Source of the DNA: an uncultured Cryomorphaceae bacterium
Lineage (GTDB): Bacteria; Bacteroidota; Bacteroidia; Flavobacteriales_D; Cryomorphaceae
Length of the DNA: 64,000 nucleotides
Assembly (NCBI GenBank): GCA_942492545.1
Contig: CALOFA010000016.1
Location: forward strand, 30,935-94,934
Reading direction: 5' to 3'
Shown: positions 39,183 to 48,226 of the stretch, in pieces
Layout of the letters: the number at the start of each line of letters is the position of its first letter
How positions within the stretch are numbered: the stretch's first letter is position 1
Notes under the pieces: generated by a model
What the model was told of the DNA's origin: nothing
Databases searched by the model: none
The model's input: the letters and a program-made list of their open reading frames with translations, nothing else
Program-made: the position numbers and the translations under genes

Positions 39183-39896
39183 TTACAAGTGTTTTTTATT
39201 GATCACCTCAAAGTTCCTTACCTCAAAATAATCGTCTACACCGTAATCGGTGTTGATGATGATTCCTCCGAGAAGGGTTATTCTATCCACTTTAAACTCT
39301 TCTTTGGTTGCTCTCAAATATTTGTAGAGCATCTCTTCTATTCGAATAAAGGCTTTTTCAGTAATGGTCTGTTCGGGATTTTTGGCTGCCAAGATTTCTT
39401 CCTTGTAGGGAAAAAGAACCTTTTCAAGCATCGTTTGCTGGTAGTCTTCTTCTACTAGTTCAGGTTTGAAATCAGGGTTTTGAAACCTGGATAGGGCAAG
39501 CATGAGGGCTCCGCAACAAAAGCCCGATTCCTCCTGACGAGGTCGATACATTTTCCCTAAATGACCGTCCGAAGTGATGCCAATATGCGGACCGTAAAAG
39601 ATGAACGCCGAGCCATTGTCAGGTATATGATGCGCAAAGGCTGTCATTCCCGTTATTCCGCCAAATGGCAATCCACCGAGTCCTCCCAAGAAGAATGGGC
39701 CGAGTAGTACTCTGAAGAAGCTCGTCGAAGGAATGTTCATATCGTCTGAGCAAAGGGAGGTAGCCAACAATGTTTTTGAGACGTCAATATTATGGCCGTT
39801 TTGGAGTAAGCCTAAATACTTGATCGAAGTATCTCTGGTGTCCAAGGCATCCGGATAGTGCTCCCTTACAGCCTTTCCGAATTTTTTTTGCAGCAT
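39183..39896 (-). CDS. Conserved hypothetical protein of unknown function, first gene of the ppc operon (9-bp gap).
   Basis: 237-aa ORF with a Gly-rich block GGLGGLPFGGITGMTAFAHHIPDNGSAFIFYGPHIGI. No family recognised. Confidence 0.4.
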   Translation of the reverse strand: MLQKKFGKAVREHYPDALDTRDTSIKYLGLLQNGHNIDVSKTLLATSLCSDDMNIPSTSFFRVLLGPFFLGGLGGLPFGGITGMTAFAHHIPDNGSAFIFYGPHIGITSDGHLGKMYRPRQEESGFCCGALMLALSRFQNPDFKPELVEEDYQQTMLEKVLFPYKEEILAAKNPEQTITEKAFIRIEEMLYKYLRATKEEFKVDRITLLGGIIINTDYGVDDYFEVRNFEVINKKHL

Positions 39897-40010
39897 CTTT
39901 TTCTTCTTTTTCAGGCAAGACGAATATAAGAGAAAGTGTCCGAACTTTATGAAAATATAATATTAAGTCAGTATTACATAAATATATCTAATGATAAGTC
40001 GGGGTGAAAC

Positions 40011-40025
40011 ATAACCATGGGTTAT
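40011..40025. promoter_or_regulatory. Perfect palindrome ATAACC-ATG-GGTTAT in the promoter region of the unknown-gene/ppc operon.
   Basis: 6-bp arms with a 3-nt spacer, about 130 bp upstream of the start codon at 39896 and just downstream of the DtxR-family regulator gene. Confidence 0.25.
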
Positions 40026-40087
40026 ACATCCCGGTGTCAGGTTTTATTCTTTCGGCTTCAAGAAAAATGGAAAAGATGGAACAGGGT

Positions 40088-40771
40088 TTAGGGCAACGGG
40101 CTTACCAATAGTCTCTTGGTGACTTCAGTGCTTAGGATCAGTTGAGATTGTCCCGAAAGTTCTATTTCCATGGTATTGTCAAAAATCTCAACCTTCATTA
40201 TTCTCAATATACTGCCGAGTTCTATGTTTTTAGCATTCAAGTACTCCAGAAACTCTTTTGAGCTGTCATTGAGCCCTTTGATAACCACTTTTTTTCCTTC
40301 TTTCATAGAAGAGAGAGGGCTATAATTGTGTTGGAGGATTTTTCCGTTTTTATCGGGAATAGGCGAGCCGTGAGGATCTGTAATGGGGGAGCCGAGAATC
40401 TCATCCATGCGATTGAAAAATGCAGGCGAATGTATGTGTTCAATCTGTTCGGCTATTTCATGCACTTCTTCCCAACCAAAGCCCATTTTTTCAACGAGAT
40501 ACATTTCGGTAAGTCGGTGCTTTCTGATGATAGAAGCCGCCAGTTCCATACCTTTCGAAGTTATTCTGATGGGGCGGTATTTCTTGTAATCTACCCACTC
40601 TTTCTCGCTAAGCCGCTTTACCATGCTATTGGTGGTAGGATTGCTCACATTCAAAGCTTGACTGAGATCCGAAACACTCACTTCATTTTTTTCATTTGCC
40701 AATGAGAAAAGCGCTTTGAGGTAGTTCTCTTCGGTAGGAGAGGCTTTCTTTTTCATACTTAGCGGAGCCAC
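40088..40771 (-). CDS. DtxR/MntR-family metal-dependent transcriptional regulator with C-terminal FeoA/SH3-like domain.
   Basis: N-terminal wHTH, metal-binding helix IRKHRLTEMYLVEKMGFGWEEVHEIAEQIEHI, C-terminal FeoA-like domain. Confidence 0.8.
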   Translation of the reverse strand: MAPLSMKKKASPTEENYLKALFSLANEKNEVSVSDLSQALNVSNPTTNSMVKRLSEKEWVDYKKYRPIRITSKGMELAASIIRKHRLTEMYLVEKMGFGWEEVHEIAEQIEHIHSPAFFNRMDEILGSPITDPHGSPIPDKNGKILQHNYSPLSSMKEGKKVVIKGLNDSSKEFLEYLNAKNIELGSILRIMKVEIFDNTMEIELSGQSQLILSTEVTKRLLVSPLP

Positions 40772-41738
40772 TTAAACTGATGCCGTTCTTTCGGGATTTT
40801 TGATCGTCGAATCACGGCTTCCAGTCTGCCGGGAAGTTTAAGAAGGTATTCTCTCACCCTTTCAGCATCATCGTCTAAGCCCCTGCGGTTTTCAATGTCC
40901 CATCTGGAAAGTAGCTTTTTGAGTAAATAGAGGTAGTCTTGACCCGTGTATATTTCCAATCTGGCTGCAGAGTTGGAGAAGTGCTCAAAAAGCTCTCCTT
41001 GCGGCGCACCCGATTCTCGCATCATGTGGCCGGGCATTAGGATTCCGTGTTTCATCATGGCGCCAAAGGCTCGCATCACCTCAGAGGGGTCGTATTCAAA
41101 AAGGAGACTTATGAAGTCCATGTAGGCATTTGCGTGCCTCATCTCATCTGCTGCAATAGCTCCGCAAATTTTTGCCAAATGAGCGTTTCCTTGCTTTTTG
41201 CACGCCGAGGCGACTCTCCTGTGTGTAATATTCGTCGCCAACTCTTGAAGGAGGTATAAACAAAACTCTTGTAAGGACTATGCTCCATTCCTACGAAGAA
41301 ACCATCTTGCAAGAGATACTGAATGGTCATTTGAAATTCCTTCATATTCACCCTTCCGGAAAGGTACAGGTAGGTATTGAGCAAATCACCGTGTCGATTT
41401 TCTTCTGCTGTCCATCCCCTCAGCCATTGGGCCCAAGAGTTGGAATTCTGTTGGTCAAACCCTTCTGTCTGCATCAGCCATGACTGATAGGTGGGAAGTG
41501 CTTCTTCTGTTACGGTATCTCCAACCAAAACAGAGAATAGATCATATTCAAGGGCTTGCGATAATTCTTGAATTTCTTCAACTTGAAATTGAAAATTATC
41601 ACTTTGGCTATCAGGTAGAAAATCTGCCGGTTGCCACAGATCTTCGGGTTTGGGGAGGTATTGATTCACAATGTGGAGCGCTCTTGGTTCCGCGTCCTTC
41701 ATTATTTCAATTACTTCAATGATTTTGGTCATGCACAA
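40759..41738 (-). CDS. Soluble acyl-ACP desaturase (diiron, FA_desaturase_2), split into ORFs 41139..41738 and 40759..41241.
   Basis: Both diiron EENRHG/DEMRHA-type motifs are present (WTAEENRHGDLLNTYLYLSGRV in the upstream ORF; IAADEMRHANAY in the downstream ORF). The upstream ORF tail after about 41290 is out-of-frame junk. Confidence 0.75.
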
Positions 41739-41774
41739 AGGTGCTTTTATTCCCCAAAACTGACAAAAGAAAAA

Positions 41775-41808
41775 GCCCTCAATATTGAGGGCTCAATCTA
41801 ATTCGCTA
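41775..41808 (-). terminator. Rho-independent terminator for the lipoprotein gene 41817..42407.
   Basis: Perfect palindrome GCCCTCAATATTGAGGGC followed on the minus strand by TTTTTCTTTTG. Confidence 0.55.
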
Positions 41809-41816
41809 AAATTTGT

Positions 41817-42407
41817 TTAGTCTTTACTTTCGTAAACAAGTTGTAAATAGTCCTTTGCCTCACTCTGCAGCTTATTCGCTTGAGTCATTTCACTCTTCTC
41901 TTGTTCAGTTACTTCGCTCATTTCGAAATCCTCACTTACAATTATTTCACCGTTGTGGTAGTAGAATGCTTCACCGGAGATTTCGTCTTCCATTGAGTTG
42001 TTCTCAATTCCTTCATTTTCCAGAAGTGCAAATACCAACTGGTCATCTATGAAGTAGAATTCTTCTGTCTTTCCTCCTTTTGCCGCTGAAGGGTAGGTCT
42101 TTATTCTTACCACTTTGTCTCCGCTTTTGTAAAAGTCTAATTTTTGCCAATCTTGACTGATTTCTGCTCTTGCTTCTGACAAATCAATTGTTCCTTTATC
42201 GAGGTCGGCCTTTGTATTTTCAATGGTCTGGCGATATTGTTCTATTTCATTGCGTAATTGGACTGCATTTTGCTCTTCTGTTACGTCTGTTTCGTTTTCG
42301 ATTTCTGCTGCAGTCTCGGTTTCTGAAGACTTCTCGGTTTCAGTATTCGAGCAGGACCAAAATGATAGAGAAGAGCATAAGATGGCGATTGTAAAAAAGT
42401 GTTTCAT
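41817..42407 (-). CDS. Hypothetical lipoprotein, acidic/coiled-coil.
   Basis: Lipobox LSFWSC; Glu-rich. Confidence 0.45.
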   Translation of the reverse strand: MKHFFTIAILCSSLSFWSCSNTETEKSSETETAAEIENETDVTEEQNAVQLRNEIEQYRQTIENTKADLDKGTIDLSEARAEISQDWQKLDFYKSGDKVVRIKTYPSAAKGGKTEEFYFIDDQLVFALLENEGIENNSMEDEISGEAFYYHNGEIIVSEDFEMSEVTEQEKSEMTQANKLQSEAKDYLQLVYESKD

Positions 42408-42489
42408 CTCGATTGTATATTTTTTGCAAATATAAAGTGTTGATCAACTTTTCCATTCCAATTTCTATTGATTTTGAAATCTTCATACC

Positions 42490-43017
42490 TTGGCGCAAAC
42501 AATGATGAGAACCAAGTACATTCTAATGCTAATGGCCTTTTTTATAATCTCGCTTTCTAAGGGTCAAAACAAATGGGGCTTTGAGACCATGGTCAAAACG
42601 ATGCTGACGAATGAGGTTGATACGATCTCTTCGCAGGAGCTCGCAGAGATGCTGAAGACTGAGCATGTAGTGCTCTTAGATTCCAGAGAATATGAAGAAT
42701 ACAGCGTTAGCCATTTGGAAGGAGCGAAGTTTATAGGGTACGATAACCCGGATTATAAAGTGTTGGATGATGTAGATAAATCTATGCCCGTGGTGGTATA
42801 CTGCTCCATAGGCAAGAGGAGCGAAAACATTGGAATCGAGCTTGAAAAACGTGGGTTTACCAATGTGTACAATCTTTTTGGCGGAATTTTCGATTGGACA
42901 AATCGAGGGTTTCCCGTTTTGGATTCTGATGGAAATCAAGTAAAAAAAGTACATCCATACAGCACCACATGGGGCGTTTGGGTAAATAATTACGATAAAG
43001 AGTATGGTACAGAATAA
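42490..43017 (+). CDS. Rhodanese-domain (sulfurtransferase-like) protein, secreted.
   Basis: Active-site loop VYCSIGKRS. Signal peptide. Confidence 0.75.
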   Translation: MAQTMMRTKYILMLMAFFIISLSKGQNKWGFETMVKTMLTNEVDTISSQELAEMLKTEHVVLLDSREYEEYSVSHLEGAKFIGYDNPDYKVLDDVDKSMPVVVYCSIGKRSENIGIELEKRGFTNVYNLFGGIFDWTNRGFPVLDSDGNQVKKVHPYSTTWGVWVNNYDKEYGTE

Positions 43018-43609
43018 CTTGTTGATGGTTTTTGCAAAGAATCCTGAACTGGGTAAGGTGAAAACCAGGCTGGCAAAGACAGTAGGTGAGCACAAAGCGC
43101 TTGAGATATACCTCAAATTACTGGAGCACACATATGCTGTAGCAGACAAAACCTTTGCCGATAAGGCTATTTTCTACTCCAACAAAATAGAGGAGTTTGA
43201 TATTTTGGATTATTACAAGTTTCCCAAATTCCTGCAGAAAGGGGATGATTTGGGAGAGCGAATGGACCGTGCTTTTGGAGAGGCCTTTGCTCAGAATTAC
43301 GAAAAGGTGGTTATCATCGGTTCTGACTGTTATGACCTAACTCCTGAGATTATTGAGGATGCGTTCAGGTTATTGAATGATCACAACGTTGTCATTGGAC
43401 CTGCTTTCGATGGTGGCTATTACCTCTTGGGGATGGACAGGCATTATTCTCACCTTTTCAAAGACAAAAAATGGTCTACGCCTGACGTGCTTTTGGATAC
43501 GATTTTGGATACAAAAAAGCTCAAGTTGAGCTATACTCTGTTGCCAACTTTGACGGATGTTGATGAGGAGAAAGACCTTGGCTCTTTAAGAGATGTGATT
43601 ACCAATTAA
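43004..43609 (+). CDS. TIGR04282/DUF2064-family glycosyltransferase-like protein (MobA-like NTP-transferase fold).
   Basis: MVFAKNPELGKVKTRLA…GPAFDGGYYLLGM is typical of DUF2064. Overlaps the rhodanese gene by 14 nt. Confidence 0.6.
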   Translation: MVQNNLLMVFAKNPELGKVKTRLAKTVGEHKALEIYLKLLEHTYAVADKTFADKAIFYSNKIEEFDILDYYKFPKFLQKGDDLGERMDRAFGEAFAQNYEKVVIIGSDCYDLTPEIIEDAFRLLNDHNVVIGPAFDGGYYLLGMDRHYSHLFKDKKWSTPDVLLDTILDTKKLKLSYTLLPTLTDVDEEKDLGSLRDVITN

Positions 43610-43721
43610 GTGGGCAAATTCGAGACATTGATAAAATATATAAGTATCACAACGTTATGTCAATCAGTTATTTGATTGTTTTACATGAAGTGTTACTTAA
43701 CATTTGAGTTTTCTTTAAGCT

Positions 43722-45008
43722 ATGAGTTCATTCATGAATATATCCGATACTGCTGCCCCTAGAATTGTAATTGTTGGAGGTGGTTTTGGAGGGCTTCAAT
43801 TCATAAAGAACTTGCCCCAAGGAAAATTTCAGATCGTCTTGATTGATAAGCACAATTATCACGCTTTTCAGCCCTTGCTCTATCAAGTTGCTACTGCCGG
43901 ACTGGAGCCTGACAGTATAGCGTATCCATTGCGAAAGATTTTCAAGAATCGAGGAGATTTTTTCTTTCGTTTGGCGGAGGTAAAGTCCATCGACTCAGAT
44001 AAAAAGGAGATCCGCACATCTCTGGGGAATTTGGGGTACGACTACTTGGTTTTGGCAACAGGAACCGTTACCAACTTCTTTGGTAATGAGACAATTGCCG
44101 CCAAGAGCATGGGGATGAAGACCGTGCCCGAAGCGTTGAATATCCGATCATTGCTCTTGGAAAATTTTGAAGCAGCTTTGATTACAGATGATCTTAAGGA
44201 GAGGGAAAGCCTTATGAACGTGGTAATCGTAGGTGCAGGTCCCACGGGTGTTGAGTTGGCGGGAGCAATCGCTGAGCTCAGGGCTCATGTGCTTCCGAAA
44301 GACTATCCTGACTTGGATTTTCGCCGCATGAGCATTCACCTGGTGGAGGGTATGGGTAAGGTTCTGCCGCCGATGTCTGACATTTCCTCGCAGAAGGCTC
44401 AGGAGTTTCTGGAAGATTTGGGAGTTCAGGTTTGGCTTAATACCAAGGTAGAAGGGTATGACGGAAGAACGATTACGACTTCCGGTAAGCCCATGTTGAC
44501 ACAAACGCTGATATGGGCGGCAGGAGTGCAGTGTAAGCCGCCTGAGGGTATTTCGGGGGATGATCTCGTAAGAGGAAATCGAATCCGAGTAAACCGATTC
44601 AATCAGGTTGAAGGAAAAGATGGACTCTTTGCCATTGGCGATTTGGCCTACATGGAAACGGAGAATTATCCCAAAGGTCATCCACAAGTAGCGCAACCTG
44701 CCATTCAGCAGGGAAAGTTATTGGCTAAGAACCTGAACCGAATACGGTTGGGGCAAGAGATGAAGCCTTTTGAATACACGGACCTTGGCTCTATGGCTAC
44801 AATAGGTCGATCTAGAGCAGTAGCTGATCTTCCAAAATTTAAGACCCAAGGTGGTCTCGCTTGGTTTATTTGGATGTTCGTTCACTTGATGTCTCTGGTG
44901 GGTTTCCGAAACAGGGTAGTGGTATTTGTCAACTGGACTTACAATTTCTTTAATTACAATCGGGACATTCGATTGATCATCAGACCTTTTAAAAATCGCT
45001 TACCATAA
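43722..45008 (+). CDS. ndh: Type II NADH dehydrogenase (NDH-2) / NAD(P)/FAD-dependent oxidoreductase.
   Basis: Two Rossmann GxGxxG motifs (RIVIVGGGFGG; VVIVGAGPTGVE). Confidence 0.8.
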   Translation: MSSFMNISDTAAPRIVIVGGGFGGLQFIKNLPQGKFQIVLIDKHNYHAFQPLLYQVATAGLEPDSIAYPLRKIFKNRGDFFFRLAEVKSIDSDKKEIRTSLGNLGYDYLVLATGTVTNFFGNETIAAKSMGMKTVPEALNIRSLLLENFEAALITDDLKERESLMNVVIVGAGPTGVELAGAIAELRAHVLPKDYPDLDFRRMSIHLVEGMGKVLPPMSDISSQKAQEFLEDLGVQVWLNTKVEGYDGRTITTSGKPMLTQTLIWAAGVQCKPPEGISGDDLVRGNRIRVNRFNQVEGKDGLFAIGDLAYMETENYPKGHPQVAQPAIQQGKLLAKNLNRIRLGQEMKPFEYTDLGSMATIGRSRAVADLPKFKTQGGLAWFIWMFVHLMSLVGFRNRVVVFVNWTYNFFNYNRDIRLIIRPFKNRLP

Positions 45009-47490
45009 ATTTATCACGGTAGGTTTTGCCATCTTTTTCCAGGTTTATCACATACATTCCCTGTGTTAGATTTAATCTTATCAGTTGATTGTTTAGTACA
45101 CCTTCCAATACCCTTCTGCCGTTGAGGTCGGCAACATAATAGGACGAACCTAATGGGGCCTTTGAAATATTAATATATTCTTGTGCAGGATTTGGGTAAA
45201 GCCCTGTAGTAGTTACTTCTTCGGGTTTGTTTGCTGAAAGTACGTCTCCTGTCAAATCATCAATGTCTGCCGAGAATATCGAGACACCATAGGTTGCTGC
45301 GATCAGTCTGTTCGTTTCCGTTTGAATTTCAAGATCGGTTACTACTACGTATGGGAAATTGCCCCCTGCTCTATACCAGTTAAACCCGTTATCTATAGTC
45401 ATATAAACCCCGTTATCTGAAGCTATAAACCAAGTTGTTTCGTCGTAGATTTCTATATGGTTTATGGGCATTTCTTCCAGATTTCCCGATACGGGAATCC
45501 AGTTTTGACCGTAATCTGAACTCAAATAGAGGTGTGGGGTTTCATCATTATCTCGATATCCCGAAACGGATATCAGAACTTCGGATTCCTGGAAAGGTGA
45601 GGCTTTTACATCCGTCACGTAAAAGCCCGGTAGTCCATCGGAGATGTCGTTCCAACTGTCACCTCCGTTTTGGGTTACCCATGCCTTACCGTCGGAAGTT
45701 CCCGCATAAATTACATCACCATTCACCTCCGATTGCCAAATCGTACTCACATTCCTTCTGTCAAAGAACTCCTCACTCTCATCTACCAGCACAGGCGAAA
45801 TTGGTTCCCAAATGCCGAATGGTGATCCTTCCATCTTATAAACTCGCTCGCGAGCCATATACAGCGTTGTATTTTCTTCGTGATCCATTCGAATAGGTGC
45901 ATCCCAGTTCACTCTTTCATTAAATGGATATCCATCGATCAGAGGTATCAGATCGCCAAATTCAGAATCAAAGCAGTAGAAGAGCCCATTCTGAACCGTC
46001 ATGTATGTCAAGTTTCCAAAAATTGGATCGATAATGGGCTGAAATCCATCACCCCCGAAAAACCTCAACCAATCGTCGGTTGGCTCTTCTCCAATGCTTA
46101 TCGATGTTCCGTTGTCCTGCGCACCACCGTATATCAGAGAAATGTCATGCGGACTCGTTGCGATTCGGTAAAACTGCGTATTGGGAATATTATCGACGTC
46201 TTGCCAAGTTTCGGCTCCGTCTGAAGTTCGATAAAGCCCTCCATCCGTGGCTAGGAGGACGTCATCAGGACCTATGTAAACCATGTCGTGTTTGTCGGCA
46301 TGAACGATATATTCAAACCATGGCGGAGCACTCATCACCCAATTATTACCACTATTGTTGGTAGAGTATAGATCGACTCCCAGTAGACTTATTTGATTTT
46401 GATTTGTTGGATTGACTCCAATCTTCCCGAAGTACCAACCAAATCCACCCAAAGCGTTTGCAGGAATGTCGAAAGTTGGGATTGTTTCAAAGTTCCCCCC
46501 GGCATTTTGACTCTTGTATATTCCTTCTAGCTGGTAAGTAGGATTTACATAAACAGCAAAGAGCACGCTTGGATCACCCTCCCATAAGTGCAGCCCTATT
46601 CTGCTCATCGGGCCTTCGGGTAGGCCGTTACTTAGTTCCTCCCATGATTCACCTCCATCGGTCGTTTTAAAAATTTTGGCATCGTCACCTTCGGCAATGC
46701 TTTCGAGGTTGGTGCGAATTCGGTTCCACCCTGCAGCGTAAAGTACGTTAGGATCTTCAGGATTCATCACCAAATCAATTACTCCTGCCGACTCGCTCAC
46801 AAAGAGTACTTGTCCCCAAGTATCGCCACCATCATCACTCCTGTACAATCCTCTATCGGGCCCTTCTTGGAAAGGATTTCCCATTGTAGCAACAAAAATT
46901 TGGTCGGAGTTATCCGGATTTACAATGATCTTAGAAATGATTCTGCTTTCTTCAAGACCAATATTTTGCCATGAATCTCCCCCGTCAGTGCTGCGATAAA
47001 GGCCATTACCTATGTAAACCTGCCCGCTAATGTTTGGGTCACCTGTGCCCAGGTAAATGGTTTCGGGATTGTTTGGGTCATAGGCAATATGCCCAACGGG
47101 CAAATGTGTGAGACTTTCAGTAATGGCTTCCCAAATCTGACCATCGTCTTCCGTGCGGTAGGCCCCGCCCCCCGCAGTTCCTATAATCCAGGTGCTTGGG
47201 TCATTCGGATGAACTGCGATGGTGTTGATTCTTCCTCCAATATTAAATGGCCCTTCTTGAAGCCACTCTGTATCAATCGTTTTGGATCTGTTTAAACCAA
47301 ATTTTTTTCGAGCTCTTTCAACACTTTTCAGCAATACTTTGTGATCTACTATGCTATCGGGAAAGGACCGCTGAAAATAGAAGTGCTCGTATGGTGCGTA
47401 CTTTTCATCCAACTTATTTGACTGTTCTTCGCAAGCCAAGAATACCAGCGGAAAGAGAAAAGCAATAAAACCTTTTTTCATATTCTCCAA
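44989..47490 (-). CDS. BNR/Asp-box (sortilin/VPS10-like, xyloglucanase-like) repeat protein with T9SS type-A CTD.
   Basis: Multiple SxDxGxTW-like repeats (e.g. STDGGDSWQ, SDDGGDTWG). C-terminus YPNPAQEYINI…MYVINLEKDG. Confidence 0.6.
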   Translation of the reverse strand: MENMKKGFIAFLFPLVFLACEEQSNKLDEKYAPYEHFYFQRSFPDSIVDHKVLLKSVERARKKFGLNRSKTIDTEWLQEGPFNIGGRINTIAVHPNDPSTWIIGTAGGGAYRTEDDGQIWEAITESLTHLPVGHIAYDPNNPETIYLGTGDPNISGQVYIGNGLYRSTDGGDSWQNIGLEESRIISKIIVNPDNSDQIFVATMGNPFQEGPDRGLYRSDDGGDTWGQVLFVSESAGVIDLVMNPEDPNVLYAAGWNRIRTNLESIAEGDDAKIFKTTDGGESWEELSNGLPEGPMSRIGLHLWEGDPSVLFAVYVNPTYQLEGIYKSQNAGGNFETIPTFDIPANALGGFGWYFGKIGVNPTNQNQISLLGVDLYSTNNSGNNWVMSAPPWFEYIVHADKHDMVYIGPDDVLLATDGGLYRTSDGAETWQDVDNIPNTQFYRIATSPHDISLIYGGAQDNGTSISIGEEPTDDWLRFFGGDGFQPIIDPIFGNLTYMTVQNGLFYCFDSEFGDLIPLIDGYPFNERVNWDAPIRMDHEENTTLYMARERVYKMEGSPFGIWEPISPVLVDESEEFFDRRNVSTIWQSEVNGDVIYAGTSDGKAWVTQNGGDSWNDISDGLPGFYVTDVKASPFQESEVLISVSGYRDNDETPHLYLSSDYGQNWIPVSGNLEEMPINHIEIYDETTWFIASDNGVYMTIDNGFNWYRAGGNFPYVVVTDLEIQTETNRLIAATYGVSIFSADIDDLTGDVLSANKPEEVTTTGLYPNPAQEYINISKAPLGSSYYVADLNGRRVLEGVLNNQLIRLNLTQGMYVINLEKDGKTYRDKFMVSDF

Positions 47491-47626
47491 TTTGGAACAA
47501 TATCATTAAGTTGAAGGATCTTCACAATTAAAAATAGAGGCTATTCTTACATTCCCTCGGAGAATGATTCAAATAATCAGGAATAAAATCCGAAATTGAA
47601 GTAAGCTTAAGACAACTATTTCAAAC

Positions 47627-48226
47627 TTGATGAGTCAATCAAACAAAAGAGAAAGTAAAGAAGTGGATGACCAAGAATTGGCCAAAGCCTGTATGGAAGG
47701 AAATACCAAAGCGCAGGCATTGCTTTATGAAAGGCATTCAGGACAAATGATGGCGCTTTGTTTGAGGTACGGAAAAGACTATGAGGAGGCTCAGGACATG
47801 TTCCAAGACGGATTTATTAAGGTTTTCAATAAGCTGGATAAATACGACGGAAAGGGGCCGCTGGGAGCTTGGATCAGACGAACCATTGCCAATAATGCAT
47901 TGGACCACCTCAGGCGAACGAAGCGTGAGCAAAGAAACATTTCTCTTTTTGAAGTAGAGTATAAAATGGATACCGACTCGACGGTTCAACCTATGGATGA
48001 GGAAGAACCAATGGTGTCGGCAGATAAATTGACAGAATTGATTGGCCAAATGCCGGATGGTTATAGAACGGTTTTCAACCTTTACGCAGTTGAAGAGTAT
48101 ACGCACAAGGAAATTGCCGAACAGCTCGGAATTACTGAAAGCACTTCGAAAACCCAGTACCGTAAGGCAAAGGCTTATATGAGAAAATTGATTTCAAACG
48201 AAATAAAACAACCTATCCGTGAGTAA
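47627..48226 (+). CDS. RNA polymerase ECF-type sigma factor.
   Basis: Regions 2 and 4 are present. Paralogous to 7898..8464. Confidence 0.85.
   Translation: MMSQSNKRESKEVDDQELAKACMEGNTKAQALLYERHSGQMMALCLRYGKDYEEAQDMFQDGFIKVFNKLDKYDGKGPLGAWIRRTIANNALDHLRRTKREQRNISLFEVEYKMDTDSTVQPMDEEEPMVSADKLTELIGQMPDGYRTVFNLYAVEEYTHKEIAEQLGITESTSKTQYRKAKAYMRKLISNEIKQPIRE

Noticed and set aside
44148-44696. 182-aa minus-strand ORF inside ndh.
   Set aside because: Shadow ORF antisense to the NDH-2 gene.
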